This document shows positions 1 through 10,351 of a DNA stretch of 25,752 bases, piece by piece. Made by a program: the position numbers and the translations under genes. This DNA comes from a virus (Duplodnaviria; Caudoviricetes): positions 1-25,752 of IMG/VR virus record IMGVR_UViG_3300020043_000012. One strand, written 5' to 3'. Positions within the stretch are counted from its first letter, which is position 1; each line of letters begins with the position of its first letter. The notes beneath the pieces are model-generated. The model saw only the letters and a program-made list of their open reading frames with translations. It searched no databases and had not been told where the DNA came from.

Positions 1-2
1 AC

Positions 3-56
3 ACTGGACACAAAATGTTCCAAGGACATCTTGGAAATTGGCTCAAAAATCGTTAA
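3..56 (+). CDS. 3' end of an upstream gene (partial), function unknown
   Basis: Open frame TGHKMFQGHLGNWLKNR ending in TAA at 54-56; runs off the left edge. Confidence 0.5.
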   Translation, partial: TGHKMFQGHLGNWLKNR

Positions 57-83
57 ACTTAATCACCTTTGCAAAGGATCATC

Positions 84-347
84 ATGTCCAACTATTCACA
101 GATTTCCGCTACCACTTTGGTGAAGAATCAGCCTGGCAAACTAAAAGGCATTTTTTGCAGTAGCGTGACCAGTTCCCCGACAATCACTGTGTACGATGCC
201 CAAACCCCAGGCACAGATGTCAAGATCATTGACACTTTTACGCTGACAGCGGCAACAAACATGAACTTCTATGATGGCATCAACTGTGAAAATGGTCTGT
301 ATGTTGTCATTAGCGGCACAGCAAGCGTTACTGTTTATTTTGAATAA
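84..347 (+). CDS. Small beta-rich virion structural protein
   Basis: AAGGA upstream of ATG 84 (preferred over TTG 69); TAATG overlap with next gene; lies in the structural operon. Confidence 0.7.
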   Translation: MSNYSQISATTLVKNQPGKLKGIFCSSVTSSPTITVYDAQTPGTDVKIIDTFTLTAATNMNFYDGINCENGLYVVISGTASVTVYFE

Positions 348-2482
348 TGTCTAACAATACGGCTGTCACTCAGACAACCAACATTGTCCCTGTTCAGGGC
401 GTTTTTGCCCCTGAACCATCGTTTGCCCTCCAATACTTTGTTGGGCCAGCGGGAACGCCCTTTTATGGCCCTGAGAACGCAGTATTTAACAATATTGCGA
501 CCATCACAGGCACGATTGCAACCACTCCTGTTGGCGACACAGACATTGCCAACAAGGGCTATGTTGATTCGGTCGCACAAGGTCTTGATGTCAAGGCTTC
601 ATGCGTATATTCCACAACTGCTGACATTACTTTGTCGGGTTTGGCGGTTCAGGCGGGTGGCGATTGGACATCAAGCCTGACAGCGGGTGATCGGATTCTT
701 GTCAAGAATCAAGCAAGCAGCCAATTTAACGGCATTTATGTTGCGTCTAGCACCGCATGGGCAAGATCAGCCGACATGAACACATGGGCTGAAGTCCCAT
801 CTGCGTTTACCTTTATTGAATCAGGCACAACCCTAGCCGACACAGGATGGGTTTCAACTGCCAATCAAGGCGGCACAATCAATGTGACCCCAATGCCTTG
901 GTCACAGTTTTCGGGTGCGGGTTCTTACCTTGCGGGAACAGGGCTGACGCTGACAGGCAACACTTTCAGCATCACAAACACAGCGGTCACAGCGGCTGCT
1001 TATGGTTCATCTTCTCAAGTTGCCACTTTTACTGTTAATGCTCAAGGTCAATTGACTTTAGCGGCAAGCACAAGCATTTCAATAGCGGCAACGCAAGTCA
1101 CAAGTGGCACGATTGACAGTGCCAGGCTCTCAGGTAGTTACTCAGGCATCACAGGGCTTGGGACTCTTGGCGATCTGACTGTGACCAACACGATCTCAGG
1201 ATCAATTTCAGGTAATGCGGGAACAGCCACGACAGCAACAAAAGCCACTAATTTGGCGGGTGGTGCGGCTGGCTCAGTTTCTTATCAAAGCGCAACCGAC
1301 ACAACAGCTTTCTTGGCTGCGGGGTCAAATGGTCAAGTCTTAACCTTGGCAAGCGGTATTCCCTCATGGGCAACCCCTGCATCGGGAACAGTAACATCGG
1401 TCAGCGGTACAGGCACAGTCTCAGGCATTTCCTTAAGTGGCACAGTAACCACCACAGGCAACCTGACATTGGGTGGCACATTGGATTTGTCATCCCCCCC
1501 TGCGATTGGTGGGACAACGGCAAACACAGTCCGAGGCACAACGATCACGGCAACAACAAAGTTTGTCAGTTCATATTTTGATGCTTCTGGTTCTGGTGGC
1601 GGTTCTTTGCGTAATGCAAGCGGAACTGCTCAACTTCAATGGGGCGGTGGTGGTGGAAATAATCTCTCATTAGATGTTTCCACAAACATGAATGGCGCAA
1701 ATGCTCAGATTGACATTAGCCCCACAGGAACAGGCCATGTTCACATCAAGCCAACAGGAACTGGTGCAATAGAGATTGCCCCGACAAACCTTGGCACAAT
1801 CAACAATATGTCCATTGGTGCAACCACCGCATCAACAGGCAAATTCACCACAATAGATTTCAGCAGTACTTTGGCTGTGTCGGGTGCAACGGGTTCAGCG
1901 GGTCAAGTTCTGACTTCCAATGGCGCAAGCGCACCCACTTGGACAACCCCCGTGGCTTATGCGACTGTGACCGATGACACCACCACCAATGCGGTGCGTT
2001 ATCCCCTGTTTGCTGATCAAACCACAGGCAATCTTGCGACCACTTTGGTCAGTTCTACCAAGTACAACTACAACCCAAGTTCAGGATTGCTCACAGCAAC
2101 AGGCTTTAGCGGCTCTGGGGCAAGTTTAACAAGCCTCCCTGCGGGTCAACTATCGGGAACGATTCCGAGTGGCGTATTGGGCAATTCAAGCCTTTACATT
2201 GGCACGACTGCCATTGCCCTGAATAGGTCAAGTAGCGCACAGTCTTTGACAGGCGTGAACATCGATGGTTCTGCGGGTTCTGCAACGACTGCGGGAACGG
2301 CAACAAATGCCAATAATGTGGCAATTACTGATGACACCACAACGGCATCAGATATGTACCTTTCTTGGGTAACTTCCACTACAGGAAATTTGCCAATCAA
2401 GGTATCATCCACTAAACTGAAATTTAATCCATCCACAGGCGTTTTGACCGCAACTGGTGGCGTTCTTGGAGGCACATTCTGA
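347..2482 (+). CDS. Long tail fibre protein (Gly/Thr/Ser-rich)
   Basis: 711 aa; fibre-type motifs ANKGYVD, GDRILVKNQ..NGIY and GQVLT; duplicated TDDTTT...SSTK..(Y/F)NPS(S/T)G.LTAT module. Confidence 0.85.
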   Translation: MSNNTAVTQTTNIVPVQGVFAPEPSFALQYFVGPAGTPFYGPENAVFNNIATITGTIATTPVGDTDIANKGYVDSVAQGLDVKASCVYSTTADITLSGLAVQAGGDWTSSLTAGDRILVKNQASSQFNGIYVASSTAWARSADMNTWAEVPSAFTFIESGTTLADTGWVSTANQGGTINVTPMPWSQFSGAGSYLAGTGLTLTGNTFSITNTAVTAAAYGSSSQVATFTVNAQGQLTLAASTSISIAATQVTSGTIDSARLSGSYSGITGLGTLGDLTVTNTISGSISGNAGTATTATKATNLAGGAAGSVSYQSATDTTAFLAAGSNGQVLTLASGIPSWATPASGTVTSVSGTGTVSGISLSGTVTTTGNLTLGGTLDLSSPPAIGGTTANTVRGTTITATTKFVSSYFDASGSGGGSLRNASGTAQLQWGGGGGNNLSLDVSTNMNGANAQIDISPTGTGHVHIKPTGTGAIEIAPTNLGTINNMSIGATTASTGKFTTIDFSSTLAVSGATGSAGQVLTSNGASAPTWTTPVAYATVTDDTTTNAVRYPLFADQTTGNLATTLVSSTKYNYNPSSGLLTATGFSGSGASLTSLPAGQLSGTIPSGVLGNSSLYIGTTAIALNRSSSAQSLTGVNIDGSAGSATTAGTATNANNVAITDDTTTASDMYLSWVTSTTGNLPIKVSSTKLKFNPSTGVLTATGGVLGGTF

Positions 2483-2757
2483 TGTGGAAAATTCTAGAAA
2501 TTCAAGCCGATGGCGATCTGATCACAGGCGCTAGGTATTTCTGCGCTAAAAACGGGGTTGAAACAGAAGGATCGTGGAAGTTTGCCGAGCCTGTCTTGAC
2601 AACTCCATTTGCTGATGTGACCGAGGAAATGGTTATTGGTTGGGTTACAAGAGACATTGGCGCACAAGTTGAGGCAAGGCTTGATGAGCAAGCAGCAACA
2701 GTTGCAAAAACTGTCGTTGCCCCTTGGTTGCCCCAAGTCTTTACACCGAGCATTTAA
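2482..2757 (+). CDS. Small tail-fibre-associated protein (putative assembly chaperone)
   Basis: 91 aa directly after the fibre gene (TGATG overlap); PFADVTEEMVIGWV...PW pattern typical of fibre-adjacent small proteins. Confidence 0.6.
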   Translation: MWKILEIQADGDLITGARYFCAKNGVETEGSWKFAEPVLTTPFADVTEEMVIGWVTRDIGAQVEARLDEQAATVAKTVVAPWLPQVFTPSI

Positions 2758-2766
2758 GGAAAGAAT

Positions 2767-4728
2767 ATGGCTGTTAATTTATCACCAGTTGGAGGCGTAG
2801 CAGCCCAATTTTTTGACAATGATGGCAATGTGCTGTCAGGTGGCAAGATTTACACTTACATTGCTGGTTCATCCACTCCCGCTGTTACTTACACAAACGC
2901 TTCAGGTGGCATTGCCCATTCCAATCCTATTATTTTGGATTCAGCGGGTCGTGTGCCAAGCGGTGAGATTTGGTTAACTGATGGCATTACTTACAAGTTT
3001 CTTATCAAAAACGCAAATGATGTGCTGATTGGCACTTACGACAACATTGTTGGTATTAATTCCAATTTCTTGAATTTCTTGGCAGAACAAGAGATTCAGA
3101 CAGCTACTGCTGGGCAGACTGTTTTCACGCTGACCACAACGCAATATCAGCCTGGCTCTAACACTTTGTCTGTGTTTGTAGATGGCGTGAATCAATACGG
3201 CCCAGGCGCACAGTACGCATACACCGAGACAAGTTCAACTGTTGTCACCTTTACCAATGGCCTCCATGTTGGTGCTTTGGTTAAGTTTACGACTGCACAA
3301 ACACTAAGCGGTGGCACAACTGATGCGTCATTGGTTACTTATGACCCACCATTTACAGGCAGTGTTGAAACCACAGTTGAGGAAAAACTTTCTCAATACA
3401 TTAGCGTAATTGATTTTGGGGCTGATCCAACTGGCGTTGCCGATAGCACTGCTGAAATTCAAGCCGCAATTGATGCCGCTGCAACTGTTGGTGCTTCTGC
3501 AAATTATGGTGCAACAGTATTTTTTCCAAGCGGAAAATATGTTATTTCATCAACAATCAACTTGCCTGGCGCACAATATATTTCGCTAATTGGTGAAGGT
3601 AAAACTTCTGTTGTTAGTTGGAATGGTAGTGCTTCTAACATCATGTTTTCAATGGATGATGGAAGTGATGAATCGCAAGTTTTTATTGAAAAATTGCAGT
3701 TTTTTGATCCAGTAAACAACAATGGAGTGACTGGGTTTTCATTTTGTCAAACGCCTGGCAACGCTGTTGTCAATGTTACTTTTAGACAAAACTTATTCCG
3801 AAATTTGGACAAAGCAATTTCAATGAATCAGGAAACCGATCAGATGTTGATCGATGATAATTATTTCCTGACTTATTACGAAAAAAGTGTTGAAATTATT
3901 GGTTATTGTGCAAACATATACATTAAAAATAACCATTTTAGAGATGGCAAATCAAACACTTATGCTGTTCATGCCACAAATGCAGTAAACATAGTTATTG
4001 ACTCAAACACTGTGCAAAACGCAAACAATGGGTCAAAAGGTTTTTACTTTACAGGCTGCACAAATTTCAAAGTAACAAACACTTACTTTGAAGTTTCAGC
4101 GGGTGGCACAACTGGCGATGGCCCATTCTTGACAATGTATGGTTCAGAAGATGGCTATGTTGCAGATAACTACACAACTGGTGCAGTTGGCGAATCTGTT
4201 ATGGTTGTTGACACAAATTGCCGTGTCATTACATTTGGAAACCATCGTCATTCAATTAGCGGTGGAACGCCAACAAGAATTCTTGAGGTTGATGGAACTG
4301 CTGTTGGTATCAGTGTGGTTGGAACTTTTGACACAGACAATGTTCAAATTACTCCATTCTCAGGAAATGTTGACTACTTTTTAGGCTATACAAATAGTTC
4401 TAACAACACTTCTTTTATTACGCCACAGATTTACGCATCAAAGCCAGTAAATCAATACCGAGATCAAACAAACATTGCTGGATCAACAACTGCCGATCTA
4501 ATCAATTTCGGCACTCAATCGGGCGCTTGGCAAATTTACGCCTTAAACACAACAGAAGGCTATTGGTCAATTTCTTTTGTGAGTAGTAACGGCACAACTG
4601 CTGCGATCACTAACACATATCAAAGCAACGCTAATCTTGTTCTTTCTGTAACAGGAAACAAACTTCAAGTGGCTAATGGTGTGACGGCAACAAGATCAAT
4701 TCAATTTTCTGCGTCTAGAATTTTTTAA
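2767..4728 (+). CDS. Tailspike 1: virion-binding N-terminus plus pectate-lyase-like beta-helix (putative depolymerase)
   Basis: N-terminal QFFDNDG..LSGGKIYTY.AG..TP; ATAGQTVFTL...LSVFVDGVNQ domain; SVIDFGADPTGVADSTAEIQAAIDAA and VFFPSGKY beta-helix entry; Asn-rich rungs. Confidence 0.88.
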   Translation: MAVNLSPVGGVAAQFFDNDGNVLSGGKIYTYIAGSSTPAVTYTNASGGIAHSNPIILDSAGRVPSGEIWLTDGITYKFLIKNANDVLIGTYDNIVGINSNFLNFLAEQEIQTATAGQTVFTLTTTQYQPGSNTLSVFVDGVNQYGPGAQYAYTETSSTVVTFTNGLHVGALVKFTTAQTLSGGTTDASLVTYDPPFTGSVETTVEEKLSQYISVIDFGADPTGVADSTAEIQAAIDAAATVGASANYGATVFFPSGKYVISSTINLPGAQYISLIGEGKTSVVSWNGSASNIMFSMDDGSDESQVFIEKLQFFDPVNNNGVTGFSFCQTPGNAVVNVTFRQNLFRNLDKAISMNQETDQMLIDDNYFLTYYEKSVEIIGYCANIYIKNNHFRDGKSNTYAVHATNAVNIVIDSNTVQNANNGSKGFYFTGCTNFKVTNTYFEVSAGGTTGDGPFLTMYGSEDGYVADNYTTGAVGESVMVVDTNCRVITFGNHRHSISGGTPTRILEVDGTAVGISVVGTFDTDNVQITPFSGNVDYFLGYTNSSNNTSFITPQIYASKPVNQYRDQTNIAGSTTADLINFGTQSGAWQIYALNTTEGYWSISFVSSNGTTAAITNTYQSNANLVLSVTGNKLQVANGVTATRSIQFSASRIF

Positions 4729-4737
4729 GGGGTAAAA

Positions 4738-6321
4738 ATGGCACAAACAGGCTACACCCCGATTCAACTGTATTACAGCAGTACAACCACCAATGCACCA
4801 TTGGCGGCTAATCTTGCTTATGGTGAGTTGGCAATCAACATCACTGATGGCAAGCTGTTCTATAAAGATAACGCTAACGCCATTCAAGTAATTGGTTGGA
4901 AAGTTGTCCCTGCAACTGCGGGTGGTACGGGTCAGACTTCTTATGCCGTGGGTGATTTGCTTTATGCAAACACCACAACTACATTGGCAAAATTGGCTGA
5001 TGTGGCGACAGGCAATGCATTGATTTCTGGTGGAGTAAACACAGCGCCATCATGGGGCAAGATTGGCCTCACAACCCATGTTTCAGGCACATTGCCAACA
5101 GCAAATGGTGGAACAAACCTTACATCATTTACTGCAAATGGGATTGTGTATGCGTCTAGTAGCAGTGTATTGGCAACTGGCAGCGATTTAACTTTTAGCG
5201 GGACTGCTGTTCAAATAAATGTTGCAAGCCAAGTTCCTTATTTTATTGCACGAACAAATGCAGATGGTTCTAGTTCACCACAAGGTGGTTTGCAATGGTA
5301 TGAAAACAATTCAGGCCAAGTAACTGCAAGTATTACTGGATTGCGTGGTGGCGGTGCTTTTAACCAAACAAACATGGTTTTTAGCACTGCTGATGGCGGT
5401 GCAAATACTGAACGAGCAAGATTATTTTCTAGCGGTGGTTTTTCTATTGGCAATACAACCGATCCTGGCGCTGGTGGATTAAACATTAATGGTGATGGGT
5501 TTTTTGGCGGTTCAACAAGCAATTCCCGACTAAATGTAAAAGCTAAAGCGGGTAATCGTGCAATGAGCGTTCAACGCAGCAATGGTGACGCATATTTTTA
5601 CACCGACAACGACAATGCTGTTAGCACTGGCGCAAATGGCGCTGATACTGTTTTATTTATTAATAAAATTACAGCAACTAGCCGATCAATCAACGCTGCT
5701 GGAACATTAAACGCAAGTGGTGCTGACTATGCCGAATACATGACAAAAGCGGATGATTTTGTTATTGCTAAAGGTGATGTTTGCGGTGTCAATGCTGATG
5801 GAAAATTAACCAATGTGTTTGTAAATTCTGTGTCTTTTGTTGTCAAATCAACCGATCCATCATTTGTTGGTGGTGATGTTTGGGGCAATGAGGAAGCTCT
5901 TGGTGTAATTACACCGCAACAACCAATTCGAATACTTGACGAAACTGAGCAACGCCTTGTTTCTGAAGCAACAGAAGATGAAGAAGTCGTGTACGAAACA
6001 GTAATTGTTAAAGCGGGCGACTCAGACCAAGAATGGGCCGCAAAAGAAGCGGAATATGCGGCAGACAAAGCTGCGTTTAATTTAGCTTTAGAAGCCGCCA
6101 GACAAAAAGTTGATCGAGTGGCTTTTGCGGGGCAAGTTCCTGTCAACATCATGGGCGCTGTGCCTGGTCAATACATTGTGCCAGTTGATAATAATGGGGC
6201 AATTAAACCAACAGCAGTTGACGAATCAAACATGACTTTGGCAATGTACATGAAAGCCGTTGGTAAAGTGATCGCCATCGAGCCTGATGGACGAGCCAAA
6301 ATTATTGTAAAGACAGCATAA
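4738..6321 (+). CDS. Tail fibre with C-terminal intramolecular chaperone/autoproteolytic (peptidase G2-like) domain
   Basis: N-terminal LAYGELAINITDGKLFYKD attachment motif; GGTG repeats; C-terminal GADYAEY...VAFAGQVPV...VGKVI. Confidence 0.78.
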   Translation: MAQTGYTPIQLYYSSTTTNAPLAANLAYGELAINITDGKLFYKDNANAIQVIGWKVVPATAGGTGQTSYAVGDLLYANTTTTLAKLADVATGNALISGGVNTAPSWGKIGLTTHVSGTLPTANGGTNLTSFTANGIVYASSSSVLATGSDLTFSGTAVQINVASQVPYFIARTNADGSSSPQGGLQWYENNSGQVTASITGLRGGGAFNQTNMVFSTADGGANTERARLFSSGGFSIGNTTDPGAGGLNINGDGFFGGSTSNSRLNVKAKAGNRAMSVQRSNGDAYFYTDNDNAVSTGANGADTVLFINKITATSRSINAAGTLNASGADYAEYMTKADDFVIAKGDVCGVNADGKLTNVFVNSVSFVVKSTDPSFVGGDVWGNEEALGVITPQQPIRILDETEQRLVSEATEDEEVVYETVIVKAGDSDQEWAAKEAEYAADKAAFNLALEAARQKVDRVAFAGQVPVNIMGAVPGQYIVPVDNNGAIKPTAVDESNMTLAMYMKAVGKVIAIEPDGRAKIIVKTA

Positions 6322-6330
6322 GGAAAAATT

Positions 6331-7626
6331 ATGGCATTGACCAAAGCAACCTATTCAATGATCAGCGGTGCTGTAATCAACATTTTGGATTATGGTGCAT
6401 CTCCTAGCGCAACTGGTTCGGCAAATCGTGTAGCTATTCAAGCCGCTATTGATGCTGCAATTGCATCAACATCAACACGGGCTGTTTACATTCCAAGAGG
6501 CGTATTTCAGATTGATGCTGGCGTTACGATTACATCACCTATTCATGTTTTTGGTGATGGGTTTGATATTTCAAATGAAACTGGTTCAGTTATTAAAACT
6601 ACACAGACAACTGGTGTTGCACTTGAATTTAACAATGCAAGCGGCAGTTTTGATGATGGTTTTATTCTTGAAAATTTTATGATTGTTGGGCCAGGAAATG
6701 GCTCTGCTGTTGGTTTTCAAATAGAAGGTGCAGTTTGGCCAAATTCTGTTTTTAGGAATCTTTGCGCTAAAAACATGGGCAGTCACGGCTTTTATTTTGA
6801 CGATTGCTTATCCGCAAATGTGGAAAACTGCCGAGCGCAAGGAAACGATGGAAATGGTTATCGTGTGGCGCAATCTAATGCGTTGCGTTTCCGAGGATGC
6901 ACAGCCGAATCAAATGGAAGCCACGGCTGGGAATTTATAAATGATGGTATTCCAGGCGAGCGAGTTGCGCCAAGTCTGGTGCAATGCTTGTCTGAGGAAA
7001 ACGCTGGCGATGCCATTCGCATCAATCAGTACATTGGCATAATGATTTCAGAGTGCTATCTGCAAGTTGCATCATTGTCAAATGTTGACTATGCGTGTAT
7101 TCGGATTGACAACAGCAGCGCCATTCGAGTTATTAACAACCAGATTACCAGTAATGTTGCATGGCCTCTGTTTTCTGGTGTAAAGTTTGTTGGCGGTTTG
7201 TTCTGCGAAGTGATAGGAAATAATTTTTCTGGTGGCTTTATAAGCGGTCAAGACATTGTGGAAGATTCAGCCAGTGGTCGTAACATTGCGTTTGGCAATA
7301 GTGGCAACGGCACTCAAGGCATGGCAAGTTTTACTACCGCATCTACAACTGGATCGGTTTACCATTCACAAATGGGAAGTGGTGGTGCATATGGTCAAGA
7401 ATGGTACGCTGGCTATCAGCGGTTTAAAAACCTTGCGGGTACTACACAATTTGACGCAACATCTGCGGGTGTAAAGGTTTACAGCCCTGCTAGTACATCT
7501 AGTTACACCTACCCGTTCTATTTGGGCGATTATGCTTTGTGGGTTGACAGCACTGGTGATCTGCGGATTAAAAATGGCGCACCAACATCTGATACCGATG
7601 GCACTATTGTTGGAACACAATCATAA
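6331..7626 (+). CDS. Tailspike 2, beta-helix depolymerase with very short N-terminal anchor
   Basis: MALTKATYSMI anchor followed at once by NILDYGA...AIQAAIDAA and VYIPRGVF; repeated N..G.G(F/Y/W) rungs; C-terminal LWVDSTGDLRIK..APTSDTDG. Confidence 0.85.
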   Translation: MALTKATYSMISGAVINILDYGASPSATGSANRVAIQAAIDAAIASTSTRAVYIPRGVFQIDAGVTITSPIHVFGDGFDISNETGSVIKTTQTTGVALEFNNASGSFDDGFILENFMIVGPGNGSAVGFQIEGAVWPNSVFRNLCAKNMGSHGFYFDDCLSANVENCRAQGNDGNGYRVAQSNALRFRGCTAESNGSHGWEFINDGIPGERVAPSLVQCLSEENAGDAIRINQYIGIMISECYLQVASLSNVDYACIRIDNSSAIRVINNQITSNVAWPLFSGVKFVGGLFCEVIGNNFSGGFISGQDIVEDSASGRNIAFGNSGNGTQGMASFTTASTTGSVYHSQMGSGGAYGQEWYAGYQRFKNLAGTTQFDATSAGVKVYSPASTSSYTYPFYLGDYALWVDSTGDLRIKNGAPTSDTDGTIVGTQS

Positions 7627-7635
7627 GGATAAGAA

Positions 7636-8610
7636 ATGACACAGCCAATTGACATTATCACCAGAGCCATGAAAGACATTGGCGCAATTGCCGCTGGTGA
7701 AGTGCCAACGGCTGATGAGGCGCAAGATGGTCTGGATATGCTAAACGACATGATCGCCCAATGGTCAAATGAAAACATGATGGTTTTCTATCGATCAGAA
7801 ATCATCTTCCAAACCACCCAAAATCAAGTTCAATACACCATTGGCCCAAGCGGTCAGATGGGCGCTACCTTTACAGGCTCAATTGCGGGTAATGTTTTGA
7901 CAGTTCCCGCTAATGGCGTGACTGCGGGTGGCATCAACATCGGTATGACGCTGAGTGGCACAGGCATCACCCCAGGCACTCGCATTGTGGCGTTCCAAAC
8001 GGGCGCTGGTGGCAATGTGAACGAGGGTGGCACATACACTGTCAGTCCAAGCCAAACAGCCTCTAGCACAACAATTACAGCCTACTATGAGCGCCCCTTG
8101 ACGATTGAATCAGGTTTTGTTCGTGTGGCGACTATGCAAGGCGGCTCAAACATTGCGGGTGGATATTTAGACTATCCCTTGACAGTGTTCAGCCTTGAAG
8201 AATACGAATCGATTGGCATCAAGCAATTGAACGGCCCTTGGGCAAAAGGCATTTACTACCAACCCTCAGAGTTGTTGGGAACAATCTATGTTTACCCCAA
8301 CCCATCTCAGGGTGAGTTGCACTTGTTTACTCAGACAATCTTCAGGGAATTCCAAAGCCTGAACGACACCATCCAACTGCCACAGGGCTACAACATGGCT
8401 TTGCGGTGGTGCTTGGCTGAAAGACTGTTGCCCATGTTTGGCAAGGTCAATCAAGTTCAGATTGGTTTGATTAATGCCTATGCAGCACAAGGCAAGGCAA
8501 CAATCAAGCGCACCAATATGCGCCCTGTACAGATTGCACGATACCCTGACAGCCTGATGGTGGGTCGTGCCAAAGACGCTGGCTTTATCATGGATGGAGG
8601 CTTCCGATAA
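7636..8610 (+). CDS. Head-tail adaptor, P22 gp4-like, with an inserted beta domain
   Basis: [38 protein letters not shown] and [14 protein letters not shown]; directly upstream of the gp10-like gene. Confidence 0.78.
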   Translation: MTQPIDIITRAMKDIGAIAAGEVPTADEAQDGLDMLNDMIAQWSNENMMVFYRSEIIFQTTQNQVQYTIGPSGQMGATFTGSIAGNVLTVPANGVTAGGINIGMTLSGTGITPGTRIVAFQTGAGGNVNEGGTYTVSPSQTASSTTITAYYERPLTIESGFVRVATMQGGSNIAGGYLDYPLTVFSLEEYESIGIKQLNGPWAKGIYYQPSELLGTIYVYPNPSQGELHLFTQTIFREFQSLNDTIQLPQGYNMALRWCLAERLLPMFGKVNQVQIGLINAYAAQGKATIKRTNMRPVQIARYPDSLMVGRAKDAGFIMDGGFR

Positions 8611-10088
8611 TGGCAGACTTTGGCTTTGTCGGCACATCCTACACCGCCCCATCGATCTACCAAGACGATCAGGAGTGCATTAATTTCTTTGCTGAGATTG
8701 ATCCTACTAAGCAACAGGGTGAACGAGGGATTGTGGCGCTTTACCCAACGCCAGGCTTACAACTCCGAACTCAGTTAATCCAAGCTGAAGTTCGTGGCCT
8801 CCACACCATGTCAGGGGAAACCCTAATGATTGCGGTGGCGGGAAACATTGTTTACAAAGTTGACCTTTCAATGGTTGCCACTCAGATTGGCACTTTGACC
8901 ACATACACGGGTCAAGTTGTTATTTCTGACAACATCACCAATGCCGATGGCTTGATTGCCTACATTGTTGATGGCCCAAATCGTTACACATGGGTTGTGG
9001 CAACCAACACCTTTTCAACGCTGCCAAGCACTGATGGCCCGTGGCAAGGCGCTACTGTTGTGGATGTGATTGACAACTACAACATCTATAACGAGCCAAA
9101 CTCACAGAATTGGGCTTGTACTGATCTAGGCTCAAGACTATCAACACAGGCGCTTTACGGCACTTCTGATGGCTCATCTGACCTATTGGTGACGCTGATT
9201 GCAGACCGCAGACAAGTCTATTTGTTGGGCGAGACCACCACCGAGGTTTGGACTGATGTGGGCAATGTGATCGCTGGCATCACCACTTTCCCTTTCCAAC
9301 GAGTGCCTGGCACTTTTAGCCAAACAGGATGTGGCGCTAAATACTCTGTCGCTAGGTTTGCCGATTCTTTTGTGATTGTGGCAAAAGACACAAGGGGTAA
9401 CTCAACTATTGAAATGATGCAGGGTTATGCGTGGCAGAAGATTTCCACCCATGCTGTTGAGCAGTCTTTGCTCAATGAGGTGGTATCGGATGCCGTTGCC
9501 TATACCTATCAAATCGAAGGTCACGAAATGTATGTGGTGACTTTCCCATCTGTGGGCGAGTATGGTTTGACATGGGTTTATGACCTATCCACAAAGTCAT
9601 GGCACAAATGGTTGTCTTGGGACTCTGCCAACGCTGTCTATAAGCGCCATCGTTCCAACTGCGGTGCTTACTTTGCCAATATGTACATCGTAGGCGATTA
9701 CGAGAATGGCAAACTGTACAGCTTAGAGAATGAACTGTACACCGACAATGGTGCGACCATTAGGCGTTTGCGTAGAGCAAAGCACCTGACTACTGACTTA
9801 CAAAGACAGTATTTTGAGGAATTCCAAATCCAATTTCAGCCTGGCGTTGGCTTGAATGTTGGTCAAGGTCAAGACCCTCAAGCCATGCTGAGATGGTCAA
9901 ACGATGGTGGCTCAACTTGGTCAAACGAGCATTGGGTGACTATTGGCAAGATCGGTAATTATCTCAACCGAGCCATTTGGAGGCGTTTGGGATGGTCACG
10001 GGACAGAATCTTTGAGGTGGTGCTGACTGACCCCATCAAGGCTGTCATTGTGTCTGCAAACCTGAAATCAAGCGCAGGGGATAACTAA
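8610..10088 (+). CDS. Tail hub / packaged-DNA stabilisation protein, P22 gp10-like
   Basis: 492 aa; LYPTPGL, GETTTEVW, KISTHAVEQ, TWVYDLST..WH, MLRWSNDGGSTWS, WRRLG..RDRIFEV..TDP. Confidence 0.9.
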   Translation: MADFGFVGTSYTAPSIYQDDQECINFFAEIDPTKQQGERGIVALYPTPGLQLRTQLIQAEVRGLHTMSGETLMIAVAGNIVYKVDLSMVATQIGTLTTYTGQVVISDNITNADGLIAYIVDGPNRYTWVVATNTFSTLPSTDGPWQGATVVDVIDNYNIYNEPNSQNWACTDLGSRLSTQALYGTSDGSSDLLVTLIADRRQVYLLGETTTEVWTDVGNVIAGITTFPFQRVPGTFSQTGCGAKYSVARFADSFVIVAKDTRGNSTIEMMQGYAWQKISTHAVEQSLLNEVVSDAVAYTYQIEGHEMYVVTFPSVGEYGLTWVYDLSTKSWHKWLSWDSANAVYKRHRSNCGAYFANMYIVGDYENGKLYSLENELYTDNGATIRRLRRAKHLTTDLQRQYFEEFQIQFQPGVGLNVGQGQDPQAMLRWSNDGGSTWSNEHWVTIGKIGNYLNRAIWRRLGWSRDRIFEVVLTDPIKAVIVSANLKSSAGDN

Positions 10089-10351
10089 TGGCTACGGCAA
10101 TTCCAAATGCCAACATTAACATCCCCTATGCAGCCTTTTTGGATGAAAACACGGGTCGCCCATCTCAAGCATGGTTGCAGTGGTTGATGAATCCGAATGT
10201 GATAACTTTTAACGCAGCCAACACAAACATCAATGGCGGCACAATTGATAATGTCGTGATCAACAATTCCACAATTGGCTTGACTACCCCCGCAGCGGGT
10301 AAATTCACCGATTTCACCGCCATTAACGGGGTCAAGGGAGGCACATTTTGA
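10088..10351 (+). CDS. Small tail protein at the P22 gp26 (needle) position
   Basis: 87 aa; TGRPSQAWLQWL N-terminus and fibre-like C-terminus; TAATG coupling; synteny. Confidence 0.6.
   Translation: MATAIPNANINIPYAAFLDENTGRPSQAWLQWLMNPNVITFNAANTNINGGTIDNVVINNSTIGLTTPAAGKFTDFTAINGVKGGTF

Noticed and set aside
5727-6152. Antisense ORFs (this one, also 12449-12904, 18450-18974, 22669-23052, 25426-25743)
   Set aside because: Shadows of well-supported genes on the opposite strand; no motifs recognised.
4738-6321. Diversity-generating retroelement target (Mtd-like N-terminus)
   Set aside because: No reverse transcriptase and no template/variable repeat pair seen in the window.
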